Source: Anaeromyxobacteraceae bacterium
Lineage (GTDB): Bacteria > Myxococcota > Myxococcia > Myxococcales > Anaeromyxobacteraceae
Direction of reading: 5' to 3'
Length of the DNA stretch: 64,000 bases
Assembly: GCA_047602405.1 (NCBI GenBank)
Contig: JASGHJ010000002.1
Coordinates: 3,648,001 to 3,712,000, forward strand
The position numbers and the translations under genes were made by a program. Numbering within the stretch: the first letter of the stretch is position 1; every line of letters starts with the position of its first letter. Below, piece by piece: positions 62,635-64,000 of this stretch. The notes below the pieces were generated by a model. The model was not told the origin of the DNA, ran no database searches, and saw only the letters and a program-made list of their open reading frames with translations.

Positions 62635-64000
62635 GTGCCGCGCCGTGCGAAGAGGCTCTCGCCCGTCCTCGCGCCGCTGCTCCTGGCGCTCGCCGGCTGC
62701 CCGGGCGCGCGCCGGGGGCCGCCGCCGGAGCGCTTCCTCCCCGCCGACGTCCGCGCCGCGGTGGTGCTCCCCGACGCCGGGCGCGCCGCGAAGGACCTCG
62801 CCGCGCTGCACCGCACACTCTCCGGCTTCCCGGGCGTGGGCGACGCCGCGGCGCTTCGCGGCGGCATCGCGGCCCAGCTCGGCTTCGACCCGCTCGATCC
62901 GGAGGGGCTCGCCGAGGCCGGCCTCGACCCCGCCCGCGGCGCCGCGCTCGCGCTGCTCGACGGGCCGGACGAGCCGTCGCTCCTCGTCCTCCCGGTCGCC
63001 GACGTCGCGAAGGTGGAGGCGCTCCTCGCCCGGCTCGCCCGCCAGCGGCTCGGCGCCGAGCTCCGCCGCGAGGAGCGGCGCGGCGCGGCGAGCGTGGTGA
63101 CCCTGCGGCGCGCGGAGGGCGCGCCCCCCGCGCTCGCGTACGCGCTCGTCGAGCGTTACGCGCTCGTCTCGGCCGGGCCCGCCGGCCCAGCGATCGCCGG
63201 CGACGCCGCCGGGCTCGACCCCGCCCGCGCGCTCGCCGCCGCGCCCGCCTTCGCGGCGGCCCGCCGCGCGCTCGGCGACGGCGAGGCCGCGGTCGCGTTC
63301 CTCCCGCCGCGCGCCGCGGCCGCCTCGGGGCTCGCGCCGCTCCGGGACGGCGCGGCGGTGAGCCTCTCCGCCTCGGAGGGGCGCCTGCGCGTGCGCGCGG
63401 CCGTGCTCCTCGGCGACCGCGCGCCGGGCTGGCTCGCCGCGCTCGCGCCGAGGGGCGCGGGCGGCGCGCTCGCCGGACGCCTCGAGGCCGGCGCGGCGCT
63501 CGTCGCGCGGCTCGACGCCGACCCGGCCGTCCTCGGGCCGCGGCTCGCCGGGCTCGTGCCCGCGGGGCCGCGCGAGGCGCTCGCCGCGCGCGGGCTCGAC
63601 CTCGAGCGCGACGTGTTCGCCGTGCTCGGCCCGGGCGGCGCGATCGCGGCCTCGCTCTCCCCGCGCTTCTCGCTCGTGGGGCTCACCGGCGAGGTCCTGC
63701 GCGACGACCCTCCGCGCGCGTTCGAGCTCGAGGCGGTGGTGCCGGTGCGCGCGGGCGCGGCGGAGGCGGCGCTGCGCTGGGCGCGCTACGCCGACCCCGC
63801 CCGGCCGCCGAAGGCGGGGCCGGACGGGATCGTGCGGGTCCCGACACCCTCCGGCGAGATCGCGTGGAAGCTCGTCGGGGACCGGCTCGCGCTCGCCTGC
63901 GGCCGGCCCGGACGCCTCGAGCCCCTCCTCGCGCGCCTCGAGGCCGGGGCCGGCGAGGCCTGGACGCCGCCCGTCGCCGGTGCGAAGGCCGCGCTCGAGG
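62635..64000 (+). CDS. Ala-rich hypothetical lipoprotein (3' end off window)
   Basis: GTG 62635 gives VPRRAKRLSPVLAPLLLALAGC lipobox; the frame appears open to the window edge. Confidence 0.6.
   Translation, partial: MPRRAKRLSPVLAPLLLALAGCPGARRGPPPERFLPADVRAAVVLPDAGRAAKDLAALHRTLSGFPGVGDAAALRGGIAAQLGFDPLDPEGLAEAGLDPARGAALALLDGPDEPSLLVLPVADVAKVEALLARLARQRLGAELRREERRGAASVVTLRRAEGAPPALAYALVERYALVSAGPAGPAIAGDAAGLDPARALAAAPAFAAARRALGDGEAAVAFLPPRAAAASGLAPLRDGAAVSLSASEGRLRVRAAVLLGDRAPGWLAALAPRGAGGALAGRLEAGAALVARLDADPAVLGPRLAGLVPAGPREALAARGLDLERDVFAVLGPGGAIAASLSPRFSLVGLTGEVLRDDPPRAFELEAVVPVRAGAAEAALRWARYADPARPPKAGPDGIVRVPTPSGEIAWKLVGDRLALACGRPGRLEPLLARLEAGAGEAWTPPVAGAKAALE

Overview
Very GC-rich, gene-dense chromosomal segment. 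Gene content and codon style point to an Anaeromyxobacter-like member of the Myxococcota (inference). It contains: a kinase-USP/phosphoesterase/antiporter block; a cystathionine beta-synthase/gamma-lyase pair with a PD-(D/E)XK-like gene between them; OYE and RlmI; a kinase-less beta-propeller sensor; a cNMP-domain nucleoside kinase; epmA; bioH/bioC; a Ser/Thr kinase-FHA pair; a P-type ATPase; a complete dcw cluster (mraZ to ftsZ) with two extra genes; alaS; an ECF sigma locus; and trmB. No rRNA, tRNA, CRISPR array or transposase is visible. Three things stand out. (1) A ~1 kb array of 157-bp units (28038-29057), each carrying a GC-GNA-GC triloop palindrome, is bracketed by two oppositely oriented hexamer microsatellites. 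(2) Dispersed copies of the same palindromic element lie between ftsQ and ftsA and in frame inside ftsW and an esterase gene. (3) Four genes, including essential mraY, are broken by the same +1 change (GATCT read as GATTCT), most likely a sequencing error betraying DNA modification at GATC. Products were assigned by eye from motifs; no searches were run.
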